Source: Chlorobiota bacterium (GTDB taxonomy: Bacteria > Bacteroidota > Bacteroidia > JAADEI01). Taken from it: a stretch of 64,000 nucleotides of DNA. Location: assembly GCA_013153515.1 (NCBI GenBank), contig JAADEI010000110.1:13-64012 (forward strand), written 5' to 3'. This document shows positions 1 to 9,645 of the stretch, in pieces. A program made the translations under genes and the position numbers. Position 1 is the first letter of the stretch. Each line of letters begins with the position of its first letter. Under the pieces are notes generated by a model. The model was not told the origin of the DNA and did no database searches. It worked only from the letters and a program-made list of their open reading frames with translations.

Positions 1-150
1 TAATACAGAAACCGTTTTCACAATGGACATTGTGCCTGTGTTTTATAAAAGCGACACGATAGCAGTTTACACAACAAACGTATTGGAGTCTATAATGAAA
101 GGTTCTGCTGGGAGGTTGAAAAAGTTTGTGACAATTCCTAAAATAAATAA

Positions 151-1947
151 ATGAGCAATATGTGGAGAAAGAGTTTAAAGTTGTTGCTTAGTGTGGGTGT
201 CCTGCCCATTTCCTTGCTTTTTGCTAAGGGGGACTGTGGCATTTCAGGGCAGGAGTTGAGGACATTGTTTAAGGAGGCAGGTGTGCAATTGCCCTATGCC
301 ACGTGGATAGTAGCCATTCCAGATCCTTTGGCATTGTTTACATACAGGTCTCAAGCCCGTGCTTTTGTGTATGAGTTCTTGCAAAGTCCACGAGTCCACG
401 AGAAAGTGGTTTTCGTTGTTGGCAACAATCTGCCTGTGCCATATGACAAGCGGGAACGATGGCTGAGGGACTTGCTGGGACGCTTCTATTCGCCAATCCG
501 TCTGTTTATAGACACTGTCGTGTGGGACTATGGAGGCGATATAGTTAGGAGGCTCACTCACGGCATTGATGGTATGGTCTGGGCATATTTAATTTACGAT
601 AACAAGGTTATTTATTGTAATGAGATTAAGTGGCATAGGTTGGGTGGGTTTATGAGGTCGCTGGGCAGTCAGTTAATGACGATTAATTATGCGGATAGTG
701 TTTCCATTCCCTGCAACGATAGTGTGTCCAAATTCTGCATGTTTGACTATCCTGTTTTGAAATGGCGGTCTAAATTATTGTTTGTGGGTCAGAAGCCGAC
801 GTGCTTGGCTTGGTTTGATGTTGAGGAAGGGTTTTGGGACACGACGGTATGCTTTGATGAGCGGGATGTGGTTAGGCTGTTTTGTAAATTCTTCGCTTCA
901 AGCCCAGAAGAATGTTATTTAGTTTCGTCAAATTTCCAATATATGTCTCTCATTGGCAGACCCGCATTGTTCATGACTTCCTTCACAATGGATAGTAGTT
1001 ATAATATCTGGGCAGGAGGCGACTTCCAAATAGTCATCCCGCAAAAAACGGGCAGGAAAACGACGACCGATGTGAAAGGCTATAAAGCAGAGGATACATA
1101 CGTATCCGTGAGTGCAACAGTCATATATCAAATGGACACAAATTTTAATATTATTCGCATCATTCCAGTCACTGCCGACTATGACATTCAGGATAACATA
1201 TTTGCTGGAGAACCAATGGTTGACCCTGCTTCCGCTCTGGAGATTCTGGACACTGTGTTGGTAACATATTGGTTTCAAAACATGTGGCTGTATTCAACGA
1301 TTTCGTTGAGACCATTATTAGGGAAATTAAAGAAAGTGTATAAATTTTGTGGCTTTCCTGTTTCGCAGGACACATTCTCAACGTGCATTAATCTGGGTGG
1401 TCGTCTGAAATCCAAGTTAAGCAAGCAACTTCGCTCTGTGTTCTTCTACCCAATGATGACAAGGTTTAATAATACAGTTATTTTTACTTCTGGAGTTGGC
1501 GAAAACCTTTATGATGTTAGAACTGGTAAAGTGGTTGCCACTCTCTCTAAACCCTTCCATCTGCCACAAGTTAAGGAACGGCTTTCGTCTTTTCTATCCG
1601 ACACGCTGGCATGCACACAATTCGCTATCAGAAGCATTAGCAGTGATGGGAAGAATCTCTATGTTTGGTTTCAATATGGAGTGTGCAACTCAACAAGACC
1701 ACAATTAAACCACTTTATAGAAGTTTTTGATACTAACTATAATAGCATTGGCTTGATTCCCTTAGATGCCTATCCATCCCTACGAAAATGCATAGTTTCC
1801 TATGGAGGCAATTGGGTCGGTGAGCCTCTGGAAGGAAACCAAATCATTATGGGTTGCTATGACGACAAACTGAATCGCTATGTACTGAAAATATGGGAAA
1901 TAGGCAAACAGGAAGTGAAAAAGGTGGAAGTTAAGTTTGGGAAGTAA
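151..1947 (+). CDS. hypothetical Cys-rich secreted protein (598 aa)
   Basis: Long ORF. N-terminal signal-peptide-like segment (KSLKLLLSVGVLPISLLFA). Many Cys residues. No recognisable catalytic motif. Confidence 0.5.
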   Translation: MSNMWRKSLKLLLSVGVLPISLLFAKGDCGISGQELRTLFKEAGVQLPYATWIVAIPDPLALFTYRSQARAFVYEFLQSPRVHEKVVFVVGNNLPVPYDKRERWLRDLLGRFYSPIRLFIDTVVWDYGGDIVRRLTHGIDGMVWAYLIYDNKVIYCNEIKWHRLGGFMRSLGSQLMTINYADSVSIPCNDSVSKFCMFDYPVLKWRSKLLFVGQKPTCLAWFDVEEGFWDTTVCFDERDVVRLFCKFFASSPEECYLVSSNFQYMSLIGRPALFMTSFTMDSSYNIWAGGDFQIVIPQKTGRKTTTDVKGYKAEDTYVSVSATVIYQMDTNFNIIRIIPVTADYDIQDNIFAGEPMVDPASALEILDTVLVTYWFQNMWLYSTISLRPLLGKLKKVYKFCGFPVSQDTFSTCINLGGRLKSKLSKQLRSVFFYPMMTRFNNTVIFTSGVGENLYDVRTGKVVATLSKPFHLPQVKERLSSFLSDTLACTQFAIRSISSDGKNLYVWFQYGVCNSTRPQLNHFIEVFDTNYNSIGLIPLDAYPSLRKCIVSYGGNWVGEPLEGNQIIMGCYDDKLNRYVLKIWEIGKQEVKKVEVKFGK

Positions 1948-2073
1948 AATTCTCTGAGGGTTTATTAAATTTGCTGGAAAAGAGTTTCTGTTCGGCTGGT
2001 TGTGCACTTTGGGAGATGGTGGATAAGAAAGACATTTGTTATGTTTGGTTGTAGATTGCATCTGAAAACTTTG

Positions 2074-2490
2074 CTATTCATCATCTTTCCAATCATTAAA
2101 ACTATAATATCTTCTTTTTTCTCTTTCTTCTATGGTGTGATAAGTATTGGCGACTAAGGCTATCAAATTTTGCAGTTTTGCTAGTGTTTTCTCAATTTCT
2201 TTAATTTCTTTTTCGTTAAAAATTTCAAAGCCTTCTTTGATGTATCCCCAAAATTTGTTAATGGCAGATATAAGATTGCTCTCATGGGGATTTTTGAAAA
2301 GTGATCTATAGAGGTTTTTTACGCTCTGTTCATCAAGTTCTTTGTCTGCCAGAAAGTTTTCCAGTTCTTTACTAATATCTTTCGTCAATAACAATAAGTC
2401 TTTAAAAAGTGCTTTGAGTTGTTCATATTTTTCAGGATTGCGGGTTTTATACCAGGCAACCAGGGTCAGAAAGGCATGAATTGGGTCCAT
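2074..2490 (-). CDS. hypothetical small alpha-helical protein (138 aa)
   Basis: ORF only. K/E-rich heptad-like composition. No recognisable motifs. Confidence 0.35.
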   Translation of the reverse strand: MDPIHAFLTLVAWYKTRNPEKYEQLKALFKDLLLLTKDISKELENFLADKELDEQSVKNLYRSLFKNPHESNLISAINKFWGYIKEGFEIFNEKEIKEIEKTLAKLQNLIALVANTYHTIEEREKRRYYSFNDWKDDE

Positions 2491-2805
2491 AATTTTCTTT
2501 TCTGATATGCAACAAAGTGTGAGAATAAGTTAGTTTCACAAAAACATTTATTATAGTATTCAGTATGATTTATTCTCTACCTTTCATCTATGATAACGAA
2601 CATGCATTCTGCATGAATTTTACAAAATAGTAATTGTCTGTGGCATCAAGCAGATTATCAAAGAAGGTTCTGAAATATTTAGTGAGGAATTAGCATTGTT
2701 CTGGGTTTACCTTCCAATTGTGATAAACATATTCTCTGCAAAAGGCCGTTGGGCAATATCTATTAGTCAACTATTGTCTTAACGTGTTTAGTATTCTTTC
2801 AGACA

Positions 2806-2843
2806 AAGAAAAAAATCCCGGCGGGCAGAGAGACCCACCGGGA
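2806..2843 (-). terminator. Rho-independent terminator downstream of the 899-aa PKD gene
   Basis: GC-rich hairpin tcccggcggg / cccaccggga (9/10 bp, 8-nt loop) at 2816-2843. On the minus strand it is followed by a T-run (plus-strand A-run 2806-2815). Lies about 35 nt past the stop of the 2878..5577 gene. Confidence 0.6.
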
Positions 2844-2877
2844 CAAGAGTTGAGGAAATTGGTGTGTTAGGTGTCTT

Positions 2878-5577
2878 TTAGTTACCCTTGATTAGTTTAC
2901 CGTTCCAGAGGGTTATGCCTGTTTGTGTGTCCACAACCTGTCCGAGATATGTTCCTGCTGGGAGGCTGGACACGTCAACCGATTGCCCACTGGTGGTTAT
3001 CTTAGTGGAGATTAGTGTTTTGCCAGTCAGGTCTCTGATGATGAACCGTAGGTCTTTGGAAGCATGTTCATCGCCAATGTGCACTTTAATAAACTCTTGA
3101 ATTGGATTGGGATATATGATTATGGTTCGGTTGGTTTGTGCAGTGGCGACGTCCACAGTGCCAAGGTCAGTGATAGTGATTGTTTGAGTGAAGGTATCTG
3201 TGAATCCACATGGGTTGCTAACGATTAGCGTGATGGTGTACGTGCCGTTTGAAGTGTATGTGTGCGTTGGGTTTATGTCCGTTGAGGTGTTTCCATCGCC
3301 AAAGTCCCATTGGAAAGCCGAGGCGTTCTGAGACATGTTAAAAAATTGGACCATGCCGTTGCCAAGGTAGTTGTAAATGAACTGAGCCGTTGGCGGTGTA
3401 TTCTCTGTTACGATGACGGTTTTATTGCTTTCGTGAGTGCATGTGTCGCCGATGGCTACGAGTGTAACCCTGTAGAATCCCGGTGTGTTATATGTGTTGG
3501 ACACGGATTGCCCAGTTGCTGTGTTGCCATCGCCAAAGGACCACAGGAGAGCGGTCGCCGTGATGCCATTGAGATTGTTGGCAGTGAAATTGATAGTGTT
3601 TCCTTCGCAGATGGCGGTGTCCGAAGCGGAAATTTCATAAACTGGGGAACCCATCACTCTCACTGTAGCAGAGAACGTGTCTGTTCCAACGCAGGATTGA
3701 ACAAATGCATAGATGGTGTACGTGCCACCGCTAAGATATGTATGGGTCACATAGCGTCCCGTGTCAACTGTTCCGTCGCCAAAGTCCCATGTGATTTGTG
3801 CGTCATCTTCCGGGATGAAAGAACCACCCAGGCCAATGTAAGCTTTTTTACCTGCACATATGATTTGTGGATACACATTTATCATTGCGTTTGGTGACAA
3901 ACCATTAATAACCACGTAATCATACCCGTATAATTCTACACCGTGGCAATTGTTCACTGCCCGAGCAGTGATCACATAAGAACCATCGTTAGTATATACG
4001 TGTGTAGTATTAATCCATGGCCCGTTTGGTTCAATGAGCGTGTCTATTGTTCCGTCGCCATAATCAATGTAAATAGTATCAATAGTGAAATGGGGCATGA
4101 TGTAGATATTGAAAGACATTTCATCACCTGAACATACGTTGGAAGCCGGTGTATAGATATTCAAGATAACATTGGGATCAGGTTTTCTCACCCATATAAT
4201 ATCGTTCAGAGTAGTCCAATCACCGCATTCATTCATCACTTGAACAGTAATGGGATAACTACCATATGTGTTAGGAGCGGTCAAGGTAATGGAGTTCTGG
4301 TTGGGACCAAGCCCAAATGTGTTGCCGTCAAAAGTTATGACCATGCTATCAGTAGGCATATTACTCTGAACAAACAGGTCAAAGTCTTGCCCAGGGCAAA
4401 TGTATTGATCGGGAACATAAATAGATGCGGAGGCGGGAACCCCGGAACCCTTCACCTTAACAGTGTGTGTTGCCTGAACAGTGTTGCCACAGTAAGAATA
4501 TGCGGTTGCGGTAACGGTATAAGTGCCTGCTGCGGAATATGAATGAGAAACATATAGATTGGTTGTTATTATCGTGTTTCCATCACCCATGTCCCACTCA
4601 ACATATTGAATATTATGGTTGTCATTAAATGATGCGTAAAAATTAAAAGAAGTGCCCAAGCATACACTATCACTAGGCGTGGCAGTAATATGTGCAGTAG
4701 TTGGACTATAATTTGAAACAACATTGACGTTTAATGTGTGAACATTACTGTCATTTGTGCATTGATTACTCTGCCATTTGACTATTAATGTTGAGTTATA
4801 CGTGCCTGCTGAATTATATACATGGGTTACCTCATTGAAATCTTCTATGCTACCCGATACCCCTGGACTGCCATCACCAAAATACCAATTCACGACGTAT
4901 CCATGTGGTTGTCCATATCTTGCTTTGAACTTCACAGGAACACCCGGACACACAATAGTGGGAAATACTGATGGGAACACAGAAGGAACCGCATCGGTGT
5001 CCATGTTTAAGATAACTTGATAAGTGTCTATGCCACAGACATTGAAACCTATGAGCATGACAGTATCCGTGCCTTCTGAACTATATGTGTGCCACATTTC
5101 CGTTTTTCGCGTAGAAATGTTATTCCCTGCTATTCGCCACTTAAGTGAATCCACTGGTTGTCCGAAAGATGCTTTTAAGGAAACAGGCGTTCCTGGACAA
5201 ACCCAAACATCTGGACTCACGTTTATGTAAGGACTTGGTTCGTTGAAAATGCTTATTGTTTTCTCTATATACACCGAGTCATGAGGAGTTGTGTGGGTGT
5301 CAATAGCCAATAAAATAATGTCAAGATTACCGCCCCCCAAAAGAACAAAGAATGTGTCTGGAACTGCACCGGCAAAGAAGATGGACGGATTAGTCTGCCA
5401 AACGAAAGTGTCATAGGGTGCAGAAACCGTGGCATTAAGAAACACGGTGTCAAAGGAACATCCCACTGCCGCATGACCACGATTCGCCGAAAAAGAATAT
5501 GTGAAATTAACTTGTGCAACGAGATTGCTTTTTAACATGAAAAGCATCATTGCCGCTATTATTGTCTTTCTTATCAT
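2878..5577 (-). CDS. PKD-repeat secreted protein with T9SS C-terminal sorting domain (899 aa)
   Basis: N-terminal signal peptide. At least 7 PKD-like repeats (W[DY]FGDG..T..H.Y...G.Y motifs). C-terminal roughly 80 aa (IYPNP... GTYLGQV...) is typical of a Por/T9SS sorting domain. Confidence 0.85.
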   Translation of the reverse strand: MIRKTIIAAMMLFMLKSNLVAQVNFTYSFSANRGHAAVGCSFDTVFLNATVSAPYDTFVWQTNPSIFFAGAVPDTFFVLLGGGNLDIILLAIDTHTTPHDSVYIEKTISIFNEPSPYINVSPDVWVCPGTPVSLKASFGQPVDSLKWRIAGNNISTRKTEMWHTYSSEGTDTVMLIGFNVCGIDTYQVILNMDTDAVPSVFPSVFPTIVCPGVPVKFKARYGQPHGYVVNWYFGDGSPGVSGSIEDFNEVTHVYNSAGTYNSTLIVKWQSNQCTNDSNVHTLNVNVVSNYSPTTAHITATPSDSVCLGTSFNFYASFNDNHNIQYVEWDMGDGNTIITTNLYVSHSYSAAGTYTVTATAYSYCGNTVQATHTVKVKGSGVPASASIYVPDQYICPGQDFDLFVQSNMPTDSMVITFDGNTFGLGPNQNSITLTAPNTYGSYPITVQVMNECGDWTTLNDIIWVRKPDPNVILNIYTPASNVCSGDEMSFNIYIMPHFTIDTIYIDYGDGTIDTLIEPNGPWINTTHVYTNDGSYVITARAVNNCHGVELYGYDYVVINGLSPNAMINVYPQIICAGKKAYIGLGGSFIPEDDAQITWDFGDGTVDTGRYVTHTYLSGGTYTIYAFVQSCVGTDTFSATVRVMGSPVYEISASDTAICEGNTINFTANNLNGITATALLWSFGDGNTATGQSVSNTYNTPGFYRVTLVAIGDTCTHESNKTVIVTENTPPTAQFIYNYLGNGMVQFFNMSQNASAFQWDFGDGNTSTDINPTHTYTSNGTYTITLIVSNPCGFTDTFTQTITITDLGTVDVATAQTNRTIIIYPNPIQEFIKVHIGDEHASKDLRFIIRDLTGKTLISTKITTSGQSVDVSSLPAGTYLGQVVDTQTGITLWNGKLIKGN

Positions 5578-5805
5578 CGTTATTTATTTTTGTCATTCAG
5601 TCGGTATATAGATGTAAATTTATTCTGAAAGGTTGCACTTGAGTTTTAATTAAAATGCTTAATACTATAATAGTAAGAGATTATAAGATAGGAACACCTG
5701 ATGTATTTCTAAATAAATATGCAAGTAAACCACAAGAGTTTAATGTCCTGCAAAAGTATAAGTGGAAACAGTGTTCTATTAGTGTCAAGTTAAAAAAGTT
5801 AATAA

Positions 5806-6321
5806 TTACAATTCAAGGGCATTATTGAGATAATATGAAGCCAATGAATCGTAAGCCCATACGAAATAAACAGGTATTAGAGCCCCCATAACAGCAGTTT
5901 CTAAGAAGACAGCGATCAATGGGGTTTGCAAGGCGGTAAAGCGAGCTATTAGTGCGAGCAGAAGTAATAAAGCAAACAATGAATAAAATGTGTATCTATA
6001 TACGTCAATTGTGTTTTTCCAGTATGACAAAATTGATAGGGGCGTCCATCCGGAAAACACATCTGGATGACCCCTCATTTTGCCAATAACCTGCTTTGCT
6101 TCGATAGGTTCGCCATTAGCTATTTTAGAAAGAAATCCAATGATAAATGCGTTTTCAAAAATTAATCTCCTGCTTAGTAAGAAAAATATCAACATTGATG
6201 CAAGGAAAACAGCTAATTCAGGAAACGTTACGGTAAGAAAGGTGAAATTTAAAAACACAAGAGCTAGTAAAACAACCAACAAAACAACTACTACAATCGT
6301 AAAAATAGCTAACATAACCAC
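5806..6321 (-). CDS. small integral membrane protein (4 predicted TM segments)
   Basis: Four long hydrophobic stretches. Only 6 bp downstream of the preceding gene, so probably the last gene of the minus-strand cluster. Confidence 0.5.
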   Translation of the reverse strand: MVMLAIFTIVVVVLLVVLLALVFLNFTFLTVTFPELAVFLASMLIFFLLSRRLIFENAFIIGFLSKIANGEPIEAKQVIGKMRGHPDVFSGWTPLSILSYWKNTIDVYRYTFYSLFALLLLLALIARFTALQTPLIAVFLETAVMGALIPVYFVWAYDSLASYYLNNALEL

Positions 6322-6327
6322 TGGATT

Positions 6328-6855
6328 TTAATTATTTGTCTGTTGGATAGTATCGCTCCTCGCAGTAGTCTGTCGGCGTTTAGAAGCTTGGGTTTCACCA
6401 CCTGTCAATGTCGTTTGCTCAAAAGTATGAATGAGTTGGTATATTTCAGGTAATCCTTCATAGGTGTAAACAATTGTTCCTGTTACGACATCGCCCATCG
6501 CAAGAGCCTGAGTGTGTTCTTTTAAAGAGAGGGTTAATATCATTGTTTCTTGGGGTTGAAGGGTTGCATTCAAGGCAACCGGGGCTAAGAAATATCCCGC
6601 TTCATTGGTGTATTCTCCTGGTGTGAAAACAATAGAATAATTGATAAAGTTAATTGGCACAAATCCGGGATTGTGCAAGCCAACCAGGATAGCATGTTGG
6701 GCAGAATCATAGATGCTACTAATCACTATTGGACTACCGGGAACCTCTGCTATTCTTTTAAGGGTGTAGGTTCTAGTGATGAACGAACCCGTTATATAAC
6801 CAATAAGTAATCCAACTACTGTTATCATTGATAGTATGAACACTGGTCGTTGCAT
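6328..6855 (-). CDS. N-terminally membrane-anchored hypothetical protein (175 aa)
   Basis: Single N-terminal TM (FILSMITVVGLLIGYITGSF) followed by a beta-rich soluble domain. Tightly packed in the cluster. Confidence 0.5.
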   Translation of the reverse strand: MQRPVFILSMITVVGLLIGYITGSFITRTYTLKRIAEVPGSPIVISSIYDSAQHAILVGLHNPGFVPINFINYSIVFTPGEYTNEAGYFLAPVALNATLQPQETMILTLSLKEHTQALAMGDVVTGTIVYTYEGLPEIYQLIHTFEQTTLTGGETQASKRRQTTARSDTIQQTNN

Positions 6856-6887
6856 GGCTAAGTTGTTTTCTTACAATTATGCTTGTT

Positions 6888-8900
6888 TTATGCGGTTGCT
6901 TTAACTTGTTCTTCTGAAAAAGTTTCGTGAACCAATCCAATGAGTTCTTCTTTTGGTTGCATTAAATCAACGGCTTCCAGAAGCCACAAGCCAGCACTGG
7001 TAACGGAAGACTTGCCAACCCATCCAGCCAATTCTGCAACCTTAAACATTTTCTTGAATGTCTCAGGGGACAAGCCACTTAATCTGATTGCTTTCTCTAT
7101 GTTGCGAGGCAGAATTCTTACTTTATGCTCTTTTACATACAGCGTTCCCACTTCCTTTAACGCTTTTAACAGCCTTACTATGAGTGGGTTGAGCGGGAAT
7201 CCGATGCTTGTGGGAACCCCACTGAGTGCCATATCCATCTTCCTGCCCGCTTCCGTCTCAACAATGTTGCCATCAGGAAGGATTTCAATCAAGTGGCGGG
7301 CTTCCAGCTTCTCTAATACCCATCTGACTTTTTCACGACCTAATTCTTTCTCAAACATTTCATATATCTCATTCACAGTAACTCCTTTGTCTGGGATCGC
7401 TTTGAATATCATCATGCCATACTTGGTTAGGAATGGCGTTCGTGTGATTGTTTCAGCCAAGTGGGCGTACATTAAGCCGGATTGAGTGGGTTCAGATGTC
7501 CCTATCAAATTCTCCTCAACAGCAACATCAAACCACTCCTTGTTTGGAGCAGAAAATGTTTTGCGGCACATAGTGATTGCCTTCACGCCAGTGGAAGAAA
7601 TGTCTCTTGTGTTCCTTTCCTGATCATTAAGAACCATCCTGCCAATCTCAGTGAGATTAAACACTTCCTTCCCTTCCTCATTGACCTCAGTCTTAATTAA
7701 TTCAAAAGACTCAAGGGAGTAGAGCACTGCCCACAAATCAAAATTCTCATCATACCACTTAGCCATGTCCTTCGCCTCAATAAATTTGCTTGCTATCTCA
7801 CGGTACTTATCGGGCATTTCTTTAAGTCTTCTGCCATACCTCTCTACTAACTGTTTATATTCCTTCACTTTCTTGTCAATCATCTCCCTTCTCAGATGGT
7901 CAAAAGTTGGGATGTTGTCCCGTGGATTATCCTCATATTTATTCCATAATTCAGCAATTGTCTTGAGGACGGCAACCTCTTCCTCTTCAATAGAGAATGT
8001 CCAGACCTCCTCGCGAGCCCCTTCCTTCCATAACCTATATGCCTCTAACAGCCATTCGCCGGCGGGCAACGGCTCCTTGGAATCATTTATGTATCCCAGT
8101 TCCATCAGAGTTATCACTGCTTCTTCTGGAACCTCCTTGCCATCAATGAGTTCCCATAAACTGATCATTAAATCTTCCGATAGAACAACTCCCAAACCGA
8201 ATCCGCCGGTAGCCAACGCTTTCTTAATGGCTTGACCCAATGCAGTGAAAGCGAAAATGTCTGATTGAGGCACTGAGTATGCAATAAGCCTCATGTTCTC
8301 CAAAAGATGCTCTTCGTGAGAGCCAGTAGGCAATTGAGAAGAGGGAGCTGGACCAACAGGGACCTTCCTAATTAAATCAGCAAGTTCATTGTTAATCTCT
8401 ATCCGAGGTGTTATAGAATTATAAATCTTTAAAATTTCTTCGCCGATTTCAGTGAGTTGCCACTTCTCCTTTTTGCTCGCTTTGTCCCTAACTATCCGAG
8501 CCAGACCCCTCTCCATCAGCACGTCCCTGCCCTCAGGACCCACTTGGTCAGCCCTATGTGCACTGTCTAATAATGCAATTATTTCACTGCCAATCCAACG
8601 CCACTTCTCTTCCCATTCCTCTGGAACCGATACCCCCCTATATTCATGCTCTTCCTTCTCCGAAACTTGCTCTGTAATAGACTCTTCCTTTATCTCATAG
8701 AGCTTTTCCAACAATTCAGCTAATTGCAAGCCGAAGTAGGTCAACTTAATGTGTAAAGGGTCTGGATATGTGATTAATCCAGCAAAATCAAGCTCCTCCC
8801 TCACTTCTTCGGGAATCTCTGAGATTCCAGCCAATTGGTTGGCTTGTGACAATTCCCACAACCGCCTCAGAGCTAATGCATGTTCTTTCCTTATTACCAT
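6888..8900 (-). CDS. large acidic hypothetical protein with tandem winged-helix-like modules (670 aa)
   Basis: Long ORF with consistent coding composition. Several segments resemble a wHTH recognition helix plus wing (LTEIGEEILK, LTEIGRMVL, VRWVLEKLEARHLIEILPDGNIVETEAGRK, LMELGYINDSKEPLPAGEWLLEAY). No Walker A motif and no recognisable catalytic motifs. Confidence 0.6.
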   Translation of the reverse strand: MVIRKEHALALRRLWELSQANQLAGISEIPEEVREELDFAGLITYPDPLHIKLTYFGLQLAELLEKLYEIKEESITEQVSEKEEHEYRGVSVPEEWEEKWRWIGSEIIALLDSAHRADQVGPEGRDVLMERGLARIVRDKASKKEKWQLTEIGEEILKIYNSITPRIEINNELADLIRKVPVGPAPSSQLPTGSHEEHLLENMRLIAYSVPQSDIFAFTALGQAIKKALATGGFGLGVVLSEDLMISLWELIDGKEVPEEAVITLMELGYINDSKEPLPAGEWLLEAYRLWKEGAREEVWTFSIEEEEVAVLKTIAELWNKYEDNPRDNIPTFDHLRREMIDKKVKEYKQLVERYGRRLKEMPDKYREIASKFIEAKDMAKWYDENFDLWAVLYSLESFELIKTEVNEEGKEVFNLTEIGRMVLNDQERNTRDISSTGVKAITMCRKTFSAPNKEWFDVAVEENLIGTSEPTQSGLMYAHLAETITRTPFLTKYGMMIFKAIPDKGVTVNEIYEMFEKELGREKVRWVLEKLEARHLIEILPDGNIVETEAGRKMDMALSGVPTSIGFPLNPLIVRLLKALKEVGTLYVKEHKVRILPRNIEKAIRLSGLSPETFKKMFKVAELAGWVGKSSVTSAGLWLLEAVDLMQPKEELIGLVHETFSEEQVKATA

Positions 8901-8982
8901 ACCCCTAAATTTTTATCCAAGACACTGATTATTTAATTCTGATGGAATAAACAAGCAAGGATTGATTAATTGTTCCAACCTT

Positions 8983-9594
8983 TTATCCAAGTGCTTGCTT
9001 TATCTTATGTAATAGTTCAGCTGGCGATGCTACTGGATAACTGATTTTATCCAAAATTTCTTCAATAGGCTTGCCCTCAATGGTGAGCCCAGCCAGTCGC
9101 TCCTCCAATTGTTCCTTTTCCACAGGGAAGTCCAAGCCCTTGATTCGCCTGAGGACTTCAATGGGCCAAGTGATGCCAAGGGATTCATAGGCAATTTCAA
9201 ACGCTTTGGAGAATATGGCGATGTGATCTCGCCCCTCTTTTATTTCTTTTAGTGCAAGTTTGGCAAGGGCTCCTGCAGTGTGAACTCGTACATTTTTGCT
9301 CTCTATCTCTCCCATTATCTTTTTTAATGCGAGGTTTTCATCAGCACGCAAAATGTTCTTGATGGTCTGTCTGGACATTCCAGTGAATTCAGCTATTTCT
9401 TCTTCCGTTTTCATAGCTATCTCCTTTAGAACAACGGCATAGGACGCAACCATTAGACTGGGAATCCACGTTAGATTCCTGTATTCTATTAACTTTCTTG
9501 GTCCACCAACCAATTCAAGAGCCTTCAAGAAAACACGTATTGCCCACGTGTCAATGTCAAAATCCCTTATTTCTTCTGGTTTCAATACAGCCAT
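8983..9594 (-). CDS. putative HTH DNA-binding protein (HTH_10 / sigma-r4-like motif)
   Basis: The segment EEEIAEFTGMSRQTIKNILRADENL resembles an HTH_10/bacterio-opsin-activator-type helix-turn-helix. The protein is otherwise unrecognised. Confidence 0.5.
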   Translation of the reverse strand: MAVLKPEEIRDFDIDTWAIRVFLKALELVGGPRKLIEYRNLTWIPSLMVASYAVVLKEIAMKTEEEIAEFTGMSRQTIKNILRADENLALKKIMGEIESKNVRVHTAGALAKLALKEIKEGRDHIAIFSKAFEIAYESLGITWPIEVLRRIKGLDFPVEKEQLEERLAGLTIEGKPIEEILDKISYPVASPAELLHKIKQALG

Positions 9595-9645
9595 GTCTTA
9601 GTATTTTTATTAGAAATGCTTAATTTACCTAAAAAGTTCGCACAG

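Noticed and set aside
3310-3897. 195-aa plus-strand ORF, and other 60-100-aa ORFs, inside the PKD gene
   Set aside because: Antisense shadow ORFs within a clearly coding minus-strand gene. Cys/Arg/Val-rich, composition typical of the reverse frame of a T/N/G/V-rich gene.
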